NCBI GenBank assembly: GCA_964435035.1
Contig: CAYSXR010000005.1
Coordinates: 10,564 to 67,434 of the forward strand
Direction of reading: 5' to 3'
From: an uncultured Gammaproteobacteria bacterium
GTDB lineage: Bacteria > Patescibacteriota > Patescibacteriia > Magasanikbacterales > UBA922
Length of the DNA stretch: 56,871 nt
The notes below the pieces were generated by a model that saw only the letters and a list, made by a program, of their open reading frames with translations, searched no databases and was not told where the DNA came from. A program made the translations under genes and the position numbers. Of the stretch, positions 36,143 through 43,395 are shown in pieces; positions within the stretch are counted from its first letter, which is position 1, and each line of letters starts with the position of its first letter.

Positions 36143-36177
36143 AGCAAAATAACCGATTAAAAATCGGTTATTTTGCT
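36143..36177 (+). terminator. intrinsic terminator of RNA locus 1
   Basis: 15-bp perfect stem AGCAAAATAACCGAT / ATCGGTTATTTTGCT. Confidence 0.75.
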
Positions 36178-36216
36178 TAAATTAGCTAAATTTAAACTTT
36201 ATGCATAGCTTAAGTA

Positions 36217-36245
36217 TTGACAAATATAAAAAAGTATGGTAAAAA
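36217..36245 (+). promoter_or_regulatory. putative promoter of GC-rich RNA locus 2
   Basis: TTGACA 36217-36222, 17-nt spacer, weak -10 TAAAAA 36240-36245. Confidence 0.45.
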
Positions 36246-36251
36246 CTTTCT

Positions 36252-36602
36252 AGTTCTTGAAACGAGATTGGGTGTAATTCCCTTGCGTACTATTTAGTAT
36301 GATACGAGATCATAACAAATAGTACGCAAGGGAGGTTAGAGGTGCTCTCTTCCGCGCGTAGTGTGTGGGAGAGTGCGCACTCATCCCGATCTCCACCGTC
36401 CGTGCGGACGGAGACATGCTTGTATGCTGGACGCAGCAGAGGCATACGTACCTCCGAGCACCATGCGGTTGTGGTGTGGTCTGTGTGGCTACATCACACT
36501 GCAGATGCTTCCTACAGGGAGGGTAGGAAGGAGATTACGAGGGGGAATGGCATTAGGACCATCCCCTCGAACACACTTTCATTTTCTCATTTGAGGAGAT
36601 AA
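36252..36602 (+). ncRNA. unclassified GC-rich structured RNA candidate 2 (about 350 nt), partial paralog of candidate 1
   Basis: 16-bp perfect stem 36280-36295/36317-36332; CCGTCC/GGACGG; CTTCCTAC/GTAGGAAG (36508/36523). Its 3-prime module CCCCTCGAACACACTTTCATTTTCTC (36563-36588) matches CCCCTCCGTACACTTTCGTTTTCTT (36094-36118) of candidate 1. Confidence 0.55.
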
Positions 36603-36649
36603 GAGCATACAAAAAAATCCAGATGTAATCTGGATTTTTTTGTATGCTC
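36603..36649. terminator. bidirectional intrinsic terminator (RNA locus 2 / YibE-F gene)
   Basis: 21-bp stem GAGCATACAAAAAAATCCAGA / TCTGGATTTTTTTGTATGCTC. Confidence 0.8.
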
Positions 36650-36650
36650 A

Positions 36651-37898
36651 TTAATGTGTGTGTTGATGATCTATGAGTGTTTCTGGAGAAACAAGAGGTT
36701 TTCTTTTACTATAATAATGTACGGCAATGAATGTAACAATGGGTACTGCAATAATAAGTGTGGTACTTCCAATAATCATCCGTATTACTTCTTCTAGAAT
36801 GATCTCACTGTTTAGAGTGACCCACGCCGGTCTCTCGTAAATAGTAAATAATAAAATAAGTGGAAGTGACGCACCGGTGTATGCAAGTACGAGTGTGTTT
36901 ACGAGAGAGAGGATATGTTCGCGTCCAACAATGGATGCACGTAGATAGAGCTCTCTTGCGCTTAATTCTGGATTAGCATGATAAATTTGTTCGACGACGG
37001 CTGCTTGAGCAGTGGTAATATCATCGAGAATTCCTAAGACTCCAATAATGATACCCCCGAGTAATAGCCCACGCAGATTGATTACTGCTCCTGGAGCAAA
37101 TTGGAGGTAAAATGCTTCTTCACTTCCCATACCAAACAAGTGTGTAAAAGTAACAAAGAAATACGAAAGTATGAGCGCAGCACTGATAGAAATAATGGTG
37201 GCGAGAAGTGCGATTGAAGTGCGTGCGTGGAATCCATGTGCTATGTAGAGTGAGGTTGCTGCGATAAAACTTGTTCCAATAAGACTTATAAGCAGAGGAT
37301 TTGCACCTTGTATGATTTGAGGAACAATATACCAACCAATTACACCAAAGCTCATGAGAAGTCCTGCAAATGCTCTTAAGCCATGAAATTTAGTGAGAAG
37401 CAGGGTTATGCCTATAAAAATTGATAATACGACCCAGAGAGCATTGAGTCGATACACATCGCTGATGTAGTGCTGGATTTCATTTGCAATAATACTTTTT
37501 CCTACAATAATATGATCTCCAACTTCGAGCTTCCATCCAGGAGTATTTTGAAGTAGTACTTCGTTAACAACCGTAATAATAAGACCTTTTTCAGAACCAG
37601 AAAGTATCTCAACTTCGAGTTCTTGGACTAGGATAGTCTCACCCTCTCCGTAGCCATGTTGTTCTGTCTCTGAAATGATTCGAGTTATTTTTCCTCGGGA
37701 AAAATCGTCTTTTACTTCTACAGGCGCTTCAATATTATCAATATCAGTTTCAGGAAATGTAAATGAATCGTCAGTTAGAATAGCCTCACTGACTGATCCG
37801 GGAATTGGAGTAGTCTGTGCGTGAGCTTGATAACCAAATATCGAACATAGTATCAAGAGAAAAACAACGTAAATAATTTTTTGTTGCATAGTATACAT
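36651..37898 (-). CDS. YibE/F family membrane protein
   Basis: Signal/anchor plus an extracellular domain, then 6-7 TM helices with LNALWVVLSIFIGITLLL...GANPLLISLIGTSFIA, typical of YibE/F. Confidence 0.8.
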   Translation of the reverse strand: MYTMQQKIIYVVFLLILCSIFGYQAHAQTTPIPGSVSEAILTDDSFTFPETDIDNIEAPVEVKDDFSRGKITRIISETEQHGYGEGETILVQELEVEILSGSEKGLIITVVNEVLLQNTPGWKLEVGDHIIVGKSIIANEIQHYISDVYRLNALWVVLSIFIGITLLLTKFHGLRAFAGLLMSFGVIGWYIVPQIIQGANPLLISLIGTSFIAATSLYIAHGFHARTSIALLATIISISAALILSYFFVTFTHLFGMGSEEAFYLQFAPGAVINLRGLLLGGIIIGVLGILDDITTAQAAVVEQIYHANPELSARELYLRASIVGREHILSLVNTLVLAYTGASLPLILLFTIYERPAWVTLNSEIILEEVIRMIIGSTTLIIAVPIVTFIAVHYYSKRKPLVSPETLIDHQHTH

Positions 37899-37948
37899 TT
37901 AAAACCTGAGTATATTGTATAGTATTCCAATAAAAAAGCATAGGTAGA

Positions 37949-37977
37949 TTGACAAAATGGCTACATTTAGGTATTCT
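37949..37977 (+). promoter_or_regulatory. sigma70-type promoter of the GC-rich mini-gene
   Basis: TTGACA 37949-37954, 17-nt spacer, TATTCT 37972-37977. Confidence 0.6.
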
Positions 37978-38021
37978 GTATGCGGTTTCTAAATAGAACC
38001 TCAGCTAGGAGAAGAGTGAAC

Positions 38022-38243
38022 ATGTCTGTTGTTCAAGTCGATCCGATCACGGGGAACGTGTTCGTCAGTGTCGCTCGTAGGGCGGAAACCCATACCGAGC
38101 CACACGCCAACCACGCCGACCTGATCAAGCCCTCCGATGATCCCTCGTGGATCGAATCGCTTCCCGAGGAAGAGAGGGAGGCTGCACGTGAGCGATCGCG
38201 GAAGGTACAGGAGGACCACGACACGCACTTCCCGCTGCCCTAA
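38022..38243 (+). CDS. small acidic His-rich protein (73 aa), hypothetical, GC-rich
   Basis: AGGAGA about 11 nt upstream of the ATG. G/C-ending codon bias in this frame. Sequence MSVVQVDPITGNVFVSVARRAETHTEPHANHADLIKPSDDPSWIESLPEEEREAARERSRKVQEDHDTHFPLP. Confidence 0.5.
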   Translation: MSVVQVDPITGNVFVSVARRAETHTEPHANHADLIKPSDDPSWIESLPEEEREAARERSRKVQEDHDTHFPLP

Positions 38244-38328
38244 GCGTTCATCAACACGCCACATGTTCGTGACCAGTCGCTTTCAAGCGCGCCTGGTCAC
38301 GAACGAAACTTCATCACGAAAATAGAAG

Positions 38329-38356
38329 CGACCAACCAAAGGTCGTTTTGTGTTTT
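38329..38356 (+). terminator. intrinsic terminator (preceded by the 12-bp-stem hairpin at 38265-38304)
   Basis: CGACC-AACCAAA-GGTCG followed by TTTTGTGTTTTT. Upstream hairpin: GTTCGTGACCAG...CTGGTCACGAAC. Confidence 0.65.
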
Positions 38357-38409
38357 TAGAAGGCATTTGGTATACTAAAAAAATAATTTGGGAAATATTA
38401 GTGCAGAGT

Positions 38410-38967
38410 ATGAAAAAAGTGTTAATTGGACTTGGAGTACTTCTCGTGTTATTCATTCTCTTTCTTCGGTGGGGAAGTACAGTGGAAGCACCTCATTCTG
38501 ATAGTGGTGAAGGACGGTATCGTCAAAATTTCACTTCTGACAAAGGAAATTTCTCAATTTATTTTGAAGACACTCCAGGATATAGTCTCGGAGCACTTAC
38601 TCTTGAAAATGGAGACTGGTTTCCGACACATACCTATCAATATCGGGATACCAAGAATAATGTATGGCAGGTTTTTTATACTGAATATCCTACAAGTACC
38701 GATCGTATTTCCGATACCACCAACTCAATGCTTGCAACAATCAAAGGAACAGAAGAGGAAATTGGAGGAAAAATTATTTCAACTACGGTTGGTGAATATA
38801 GGGGTTTTCCAGCAATTGACTACGAGATATATATAAAAGCAGAAAAAAGATTGTTTAAAGGGAGAAATATTTTGAATGGACGAAAATTGTACGCAGTCGT
38901 GGTTATCCATAATGAAGATGAAAAAGTGGAATATACGAATTTCTTCGACTCTTTGTTGATTAAATAA
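38410..38967 (+). CDS. signal-anchored secreted protein, paralog family member A
   Basis: MKKVLIGLGVLLVLFILF anchor. Shared motifs NFTSDKGNFSIYFE, PTHxYQ, WQxxYTEYP, GFPxIDY, FKGRNILNGxKLY, NFFxSL. Confidence 0.7.
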   Translation: MKKVLIGLGVLLVLFILFLRWGSTVEAPHSDSGEGRYRQNFTSDKGNFSIYFEDTPGYSLGALTLENGDWFPTHTYQYRDTKNNVWQVFYTEYPTSTDRISDTTNSMLATIKGTEEEIGGKIISTTVGEYRGFPAIDYEIYIKAEKRLFKGRNILNGRKLYAVVVIHNEDEKVEYTNFFDSLLIK

Positions 38968-39006
38968 AAAATGAGATTAATTTAGTTATTTATTAGTTTT
39001 AGTCGT

Positions 39007-39582
39007 ATGAAAAAAGTGTTAATTGGACTTGGAGTACTTCTCGTGTTATTTATTTTATTCATCTGGTGGGGAAGTACCATAGAAACTCCTCCGTCTGATG
39101 AAGGTACCGTAGAAAATACTACCACAGAGCTGGATAATCAAAATTTCACTTCTGACAAAGGAAATTTCTCAATTTATTTTGAAAGTACTCCACAATACGT
39201 GCCAGGTACTATGACTACTTCAAAGGGTGAAACCTATCCGACGCATCTCTATCAGACCAGGGCAGCTGACGGAAGTGTGTGGCAAGCCTTATATACTGAA
39301 TATCCAAAAAGTTCTGATGTTTCCAATCCGGAAAATGTATTATTGAATACTGTTCGAGGAACTGAATCTTCAGTAGAGGGAAAAATTACTACAACACAGA
39401 TCGGAACATACCAAGGTTTTCCTTCAATAGACTATACCATCAGTATTCCTGAACAAAAGTACGTATTCAAGGGTAGAAATATTCTCAATGGTCACAAGCT
39501 ATATTCAATAGTCTATATTTTTGATGAAGGCAAAGAAGTGGCTTCTGAAAACTTCTTCAATTCGCTGAAAATTGGTAAATAG
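39007..39582 (+). CDS. signal-anchored secreted protein, paralog family member B
   Basis: Same motifs as 38410..38967. The first ~45 nt, and the NFTSDKGNFSIYFE-coding stretch, are identical at nucleotide level. Confidence 0.7.
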   Translation: MKKVLIGLGVLLVLFILFIWWGSTIETPPSDEGTVENTTTELDNQNFTSDKGNFSIYFESTPQYVPGTMTTSKGETYPTHLYQTRAADGSVWQALYTEYPKSSDVSNPENVLLNTVRGTESSVEGKITTTQIGTYQGFPSIDYTISIPEQKYVFKGRNILNGHKLYSIVYIFDEGKEVASENFFNSLKIGK

Positions 39583-39600
39583 GCTTTCCAAAAACATATA

Positions 39601-39634
39601 AAAAATACTCTCTAATATTAGAGAGTATTTTTTT
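39601..39634. terminator. bidirectional intrinsic terminator
   Basis: AAAAATACTCTC-TAATATTA-GAGAGTATTTTT, between paralog B (+) and the tRNA-Asn 3-prime end (-). Confidence 0.8.
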
Positions 39635-39635
39635 G

Positions 39636-40003
39636 CTCGGCGGGCGGGGCTCGAACCCGCGACCCACTGGTTACAGTTTCCTCTCTCTTTCAAGAGAGAC
39701 TGGACTATGTCATCACCCATGCCGTAAACCTGGAAAATAAATCCTCCAAGAGCCTGGGGGTGCGGAGCGCTTCCCGCCCCGACAATGTCGGGGAAGTACT
39801 CCCATAAAGGGATAGTCTCTGAACCTTCCTAACCCATTACTAATTCCAGTAAAACTGGAGTATCAAGTTAGGCTTGGCTGCAGGTTACCCTATGAAATTC
39901 ATAGTAGCGGTTTCCTGCAATTCACTCCGTTGGCATCCTGACATTACTATCAGGAGCTGCTAATTTTTAACAGCCAGTTGCTCTACCACTGAGCTACCGC
40001 CGA
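39636..40003 (-). tRNA. tRNA-Asn (anticodon GTT) interrupted by a group I intron in the anticodon loop
   Basis: Exon 1 is 40003-39970 (TCGGCGG TA GCTC AGTGGTA GAGC A ACTGG CTGT). Exon 2 is 39673-39636 (TAA CCAGT GGGTC GCGGG TTCGAGC CCCGC CCGCCGA G). Joined, they give a 72-nt cloverleaf with loop CTGTTAA. Confidence 0.85.
39674..39969 (-). ncRNA. group I self-splicing intron (296 nt, no ORF)
   Basis: P1: exon GCUGU pairs with intron GCAGC, with a U-G wobble at the splice site. The terminal intron nucleotide is G (39674). Core elements are GCAGCCAAGCCUAAC (plus coords 39867-39883), GGUUCAGAGACUAU (39812-39825) and GACAUAGUCC (39702-39711), matching the Tetrahymena and Azoarcus cores. Confidence 0.85.
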
Positions 40004-40023
40004 ATATATGTAAACTAGGCTAC

Positions 40024-40052
40024 AGTATACGATATAAAAGGTGTTTAGTCAA
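40024..40052 (-). promoter_or_regulatory. sigma70-type promoter for tRNA-Asn
   Basis: On the minus strand: TTGACT (40052-40047), 17-nt spacer, TATACT (40029-40024). It lies about 20 nt upstream of the tRNA 5-prime end. Confidence 0.6.
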
Positions 40053-40151
40053 CCACTACCATTGTGTTACATATAAAGTCTATCCACATCTCTTTTTATT
40101 ATAAAAAAACTGCCCAATAAATGGACAGCTAAAATGATTCGAATAATTGGG

Positions 40152-40649
40152 CTATTTTTTAATTTCCTTGAGATTTGTGGCCTTTGTAGTAAACAATATC
40201 CCATCCAAATGATCTACTTCGTGTTGTATGACTCGAGCAAAGAAATTTCGAGCTTCAAATGATAATGTATTACCATGTCGATCGAGTGCTTCTACGTGTA
40301 TTGCTGAATGTCGTTTTACGGTTCCGTATAGTCCAGGAATTGAAAGACAGCCTTCCTGATCATTATTAGTTTTTCTACTGGTTTTTACCCAGGTAGGGTT
40401 AATGAGAACCAAATCTTCATGAGGGAGTGTGGCTTTTCGATCCATTTTAATTGCTTCTTTGCCAATAATACATACACGTATTGAATGATTTACTTGTGGA
40501 GCTGCGAGTCCAATGCCCTCGCTTTCATACATCTTTGGGATCATTTCATCAATCAGCCCCTGTATTTCAGGTGCATTAATTTCTGCAAGTGTAAGTGCTC
40601 GGGTAGGAGTTTCGAGAATTTTATCTGGAACAGTGACTATGGTAAGCAT
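40152..40649 (-). CDS. def: peptide deformylase
   Basis: GIGLAAPQV, EGCLSIPG, QHEVDHLDG (the three deformylase motifs). Confidence 0.95.
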   Translation of the reverse strand: MLTIVTVPDKILETPTRALTLAEINAPEIQGLIDEMIPKMYESEGIGLAAPQVNHSIRVCIIGKEAIKMDRKATLPHEDLVLINPTWVKTSRKTNNDQEGCLSIPGLYGTVKRHSAIHVEALDRHGNTLSFEARNFFARVIQHEVDHLDGILFTTKATNLKEIKK

Positions 40650-40660
40650 ATAGAGAAAAA

Positions 40661-42580
40661 CTAAGGAGAAAAAATGGAAATAGGGTTGAGATCAGCGATG
40701 CAGCCAACAGGTAGGTAAGGAATAATTGCTTCAGCAACTCTACCTACTTGTTTGGGTGATGACTTCACGAGCACTCCCCACCAATACATCCGTTTGTGAT
40801 AGGTCGGGTGGGTTTCAAATATTTCGCTTACGGTAGCAGTAATATCATCCTGTGTCAATCGTCTTATGATGTCTTCCTTGAATTGTTGTGCTCGAACACG
40901 TGCACCCTGTCGATTAGGCGACGACAATGTATATTTTATCATACTTTGGTAGGGAGGGTAACCTAGTTTTTGACGCAGGCCAAGTTCAGTCCGGTATACG
41001 CGATCACTTTCTGAAAATAGTTTGAAAATAGATTTTTCAGCTGAATTAGTTTCAATAATAAACTGGGATTTAGGATCTCTTAAATAATTAAAGGTATTGA
41101 GTAGATGGACTACGCGTTCAAATGTTTGAAATTCAGGAATGGCTAGATATCTTTCAAAATCAAGAATAACATACAGTGCTGTCTGTTCTGGTCGGATATA
41201 GGAAAATAGTTTTTCAGTTCCAATAAGTACGCGTGGACTATCTTCAGTGAGTTTGTTCAGTGTGGTTTCGGAAGTATTATCATCGACTCGAAATACCGGA
41301 ATATCTATGTTTTCTTTTTTAAATAATTCCGAAAAGTATGAGGCAACTTTTTCAGTACCAACTCCACGCAAGAGCATAAGAGTAGATTTGCATTCACTAC
41401 AGTTGGTCGGAAGGGGTCGACGTTCATCGCCATGAGTACCGTGCATCATGCGGGTATCTTCGTGATATGACATAGGAAGTCCTGTGGTAGGAGAGGCTTC
41501 GATATGTCCGCATTGCTTGCACACGATCATGGTTGCGAATCCTTTACGTTGTACGAGGATTACGATATCTTGTGTATTTTGTTCTGCTACATCAACAATT
41601 CTCTCTTCGGTTGTTATTGAAGATACTCTCGAATCTCGTGGCTGGACGGTGTGTTCAAGAATTCGAATAGTTTCATGAGTGGCTTTTTGGGTTTCAAATA
41701 ATAGTCCACCTGTATAAGGTAGATTACCTACAAGACAGGGTATTTTTTCTTTTACAATTCTGTAGTATAGGTCAAAGCTTGGTGAAAAACTGGCGTAGAT
41801 ACAGTGTGATGTATAATGTGTACCGAGTATTCGTACCACATCGCGTGCGTGATATTTAGGCTGCTGATCGTAGCTTTTATATTGTTCATCCTGTTCTTGA
41901 TCAATGATTATTCGATCAAGTCGGGTAAATGGTAGAGTGAGAGCGCTTCTGGTACCAAGTACAATCAGAGGTTCCGTATTATTGCGTACCCTAAGCCATA
42001 GATCAAATTTTTCTTTATCACTAATGTCCGATTTCCATACAATAATGTTCAATGTATTTTTTTCTTGTAATATACTTCGCATTAACTCAATTTGCGCAAC
42101 TTCGGGAACGAGAATAAGTGTGGTATGAACATCATCGAGTGAAGAAAAGAATTGCCTACGTTCTTCAGGTGTTCTATAGAGTGTATAAGACTCCTCAAAT
42201 TTGATTTGCGAATTATTTTTTAGAGTGCTAGGTTCAAGAAACATTTTTGCAATCTTTCTTTTTTGCATCGGTAAAGATGATGTTTTATACAGAGTTGCAA
42301 GTGATGTTGCATAGAGTATGGAAAGTTCTTGTAGTATACGTTGAGTGGTAGTGGGGAATAGTGGTGTGTGATGAATAATTGAGGTAATCGGCTTGTACAC
42401 ATACTCTTTGTTTGGTGTATGAGAAACCGAAACAACGATCCCATATTCAAGAGTTTTACGAAGTTCTATCTGTACGAGCTGCCCCGGGGCAATCACCTGT
42501 TCAAGCTCAGTAGGAATTGAGTAATCAAATAATGAAGAATGCCGCGGTAAACGCTTCAGGGGAATAATAGTCGCGATCAT
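40661..42580 (-). CDS. priA: primosomal protein N-prime (PriA) homolog with degenerate helicase and zinc motifs
   Basis: Collinear with PriA (LVPEVAQ, VLGTRSALTLPF, YHARDV, RGVGTEKV, VLIGTEKL). The Walker A position reads YRTPEERRQFF, DEEH reads DQEQ, and only the outer two CxxC pairs remain. Confidence 0.75.
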   Translation of the reverse strand: MIATIIPLKRLPRHSSLFDYSIPTELEQVIAPGQLVQIELRKTLEYGIVVSVSHTPNKEYVYKPITSIIHHTPLFPTTTQRILQELSILYATSLATLYKTSSLPMQKRKIAKMFLEPSTLKNNSQIKFEESYTLYRTPEERRQFFSSLDDVHTTLILVPEVAQIELMRSILQEKNTLNIIVWKSDISDKEKFDLWLRVRNNTEPLIVLGTRSALTLPFTRLDRIIIDQEQDEQYKSYDQQPKYHARDVVRILGTHYTSHCIYASFSPSFDLYYRIVKEKIPCLVGNLPYTGGLLFETQKATHETIRILEHTVQPRDSRVSSITTEERIVDVAEQNTQDIVILVQRKGFATMIVCKQCGHIEASPTTGLPMSYHEDTRMMHGTHGDERRPLPTNCSECKSTLMLLRGVGTEKVASYFSELFKKENIDIPVFRVDDNTSETTLNKLTEDSPRVLIGTEKLFSYIRPEQTALYVILDFERYLAIPEFQTFERVVHLLNTFNYLRDPKSQFIIETNSAEKSIFKLFSESDRVYRTELGLRQKLGYPPYQSMIKYTLSSPNRQGARVRAQQFKEDIIRRLTQDDITATVSEIFETHPTYHKRMYWWGVLVKSSPKQVGRVAEAIIPYLPVGCIADLNPISIFSP

Positions 42581-42590
42581 GTATGTGAGT

Positions 42591-43385
42591 TTAGGAGAAA
42601 ACGAATTCTGCTGTGAGGTATCCTACGCCAAAAGGATGTTCGTATGCAAGGTGTTTGAATTCGTAATTAATATTCTTGAGAGAGCCAAGAAGCATAAGTA
42701 ATGGCTTGTACCCAGTTTCAGCAGCCGATTCTACAAATGCAGGATCAAGAGTTGCGATACCACTTGTATTATGTGATTGAAGAAGTTCGATAATTTTTTC
42801 ATCAAATTTTTTCCCTGATTCTCGAAAACCAGCAGGAGAATCAGTGGTAATTCCATGTGAAAGATTTGCGGAAGCAACAACAGCAATCCGCTTATCTGAA
42901 TCCATGCACGCTTCTTTGATTAGATTACCAAAATTAAGATGAGTTTTTGAATCAAGGTCACAAGGACCGATCGGAAGTACTTTTGCCTGCGCGAGATGCC
43001 CTGCGAGAGAGTAGAGCGGTACAGTGGATCCATGATCGAGTTTTTCTTCACTCACCAGTTTGAGTGGAATATTTTCTCGGCTCGCGGCATGGGCAATTTT
43101 TGCTGCGAAATCAGGAGATCCAATAAATTCTCGACGGAGTGAATAGTCTCCAAATTCTTCAAACGAAGAAGTGAATTTGGTGTGTGCATTTATTGCAAAT
43201 GTATCAGAGTGTGCTTGAAAATGAGGTGTGAAGATAATAATCAAATGAGGTTTTGAAAGATACAAATTTTCCTCAAGTGTTGATAGTGCTTCGATCGTTT
43301 TAATAGCCTTGTCACGATCAGACCCTCCAATAGAGGGAACGAGTACTGGTGAATGGGGTACAATTGCTCCAAATACGAGAGGCAT
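42591..43385 (-). CDS. LigB-superfamily protein (class III extradiol dioxygenase subunit B-like)
   Basis: N-terminal GAIVPHSPVLVP; later DHGSTVPL and ASANLSH, reminiscent of the LigB/DODA fold. Assigned by eye. Confidence 0.55.
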   Translation of the reverse strand: MPLVFGAIVPHSPVLVPSIGGSDRDKAIKTIEALSTLEENLYLSKPHLIIIFTPHFQAHSDTFAINAHTKFTSSFEEFGDYSLRREFIGSPDFAAKIAHAASRENIPLKLVSEEKLDHGSTVPLYSLAGHLAQAKVLPIGPCDLDSKTHLNFGNLIKEACMDSDKRIAVVASANLSHGITTDSPAGFRESGKKFDEKIIELLQSHNTSGIATLDPAFVESAAETGYKPLLMLLGSLKNINYEFKHLAYEHPFGVGYLTAEFVFS

Positions 43386-43395
43386 AGAGTAAGGG

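Noticed and set aside
35680-36147. ORFs 35680..36120 (+), 35722..36147 (-) and 35912..36142 (-) as protein-coding genes.
   Set aside because: - The plus ORF would start inside the -35 element.
- The translations are rich in Cys, His, Arg, Trp and Ser, with no domain-like pattern.
- Long ORFs appear on both strands, as expected for GC-rich non-coding sequence.
- The region is full of strong helices. I treat it as an RNA candidate instead.
36342-36602. 86-aa ORF with a GTG start preceded by AAGGGAGG. Its C-terminus (..TLSFS) is also encoded in frame at the end of the locus-1 ORF.
   Set aside because: - The SD-like sequence is itself the 3-prime arm of the 16-bp stem at 36317-36332.
- The peptide is Arg/Ser/His/Trp-rich and not protein-like.
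- The shared TLSFS stretch is too short to show coding selection.
- I keep it as an alternative to be tested, not as a CDS call.
35718-36602. Identifying the two GC-rich RNAs as RNase P RNA, tmRNA, SRP RNA or 6S RNA.
   Set aside because: - No GGAAAGUCC...ACAGAA-N-CCGGCUUA P4 elements on either strand.
- No tRNA-like acceptor/T-arm ends or tag ORF.
- No SRP domain IV motif.
- The architecture is not a single long 6S-type hairpin.
- This needs a covariance-model search to be definitive.
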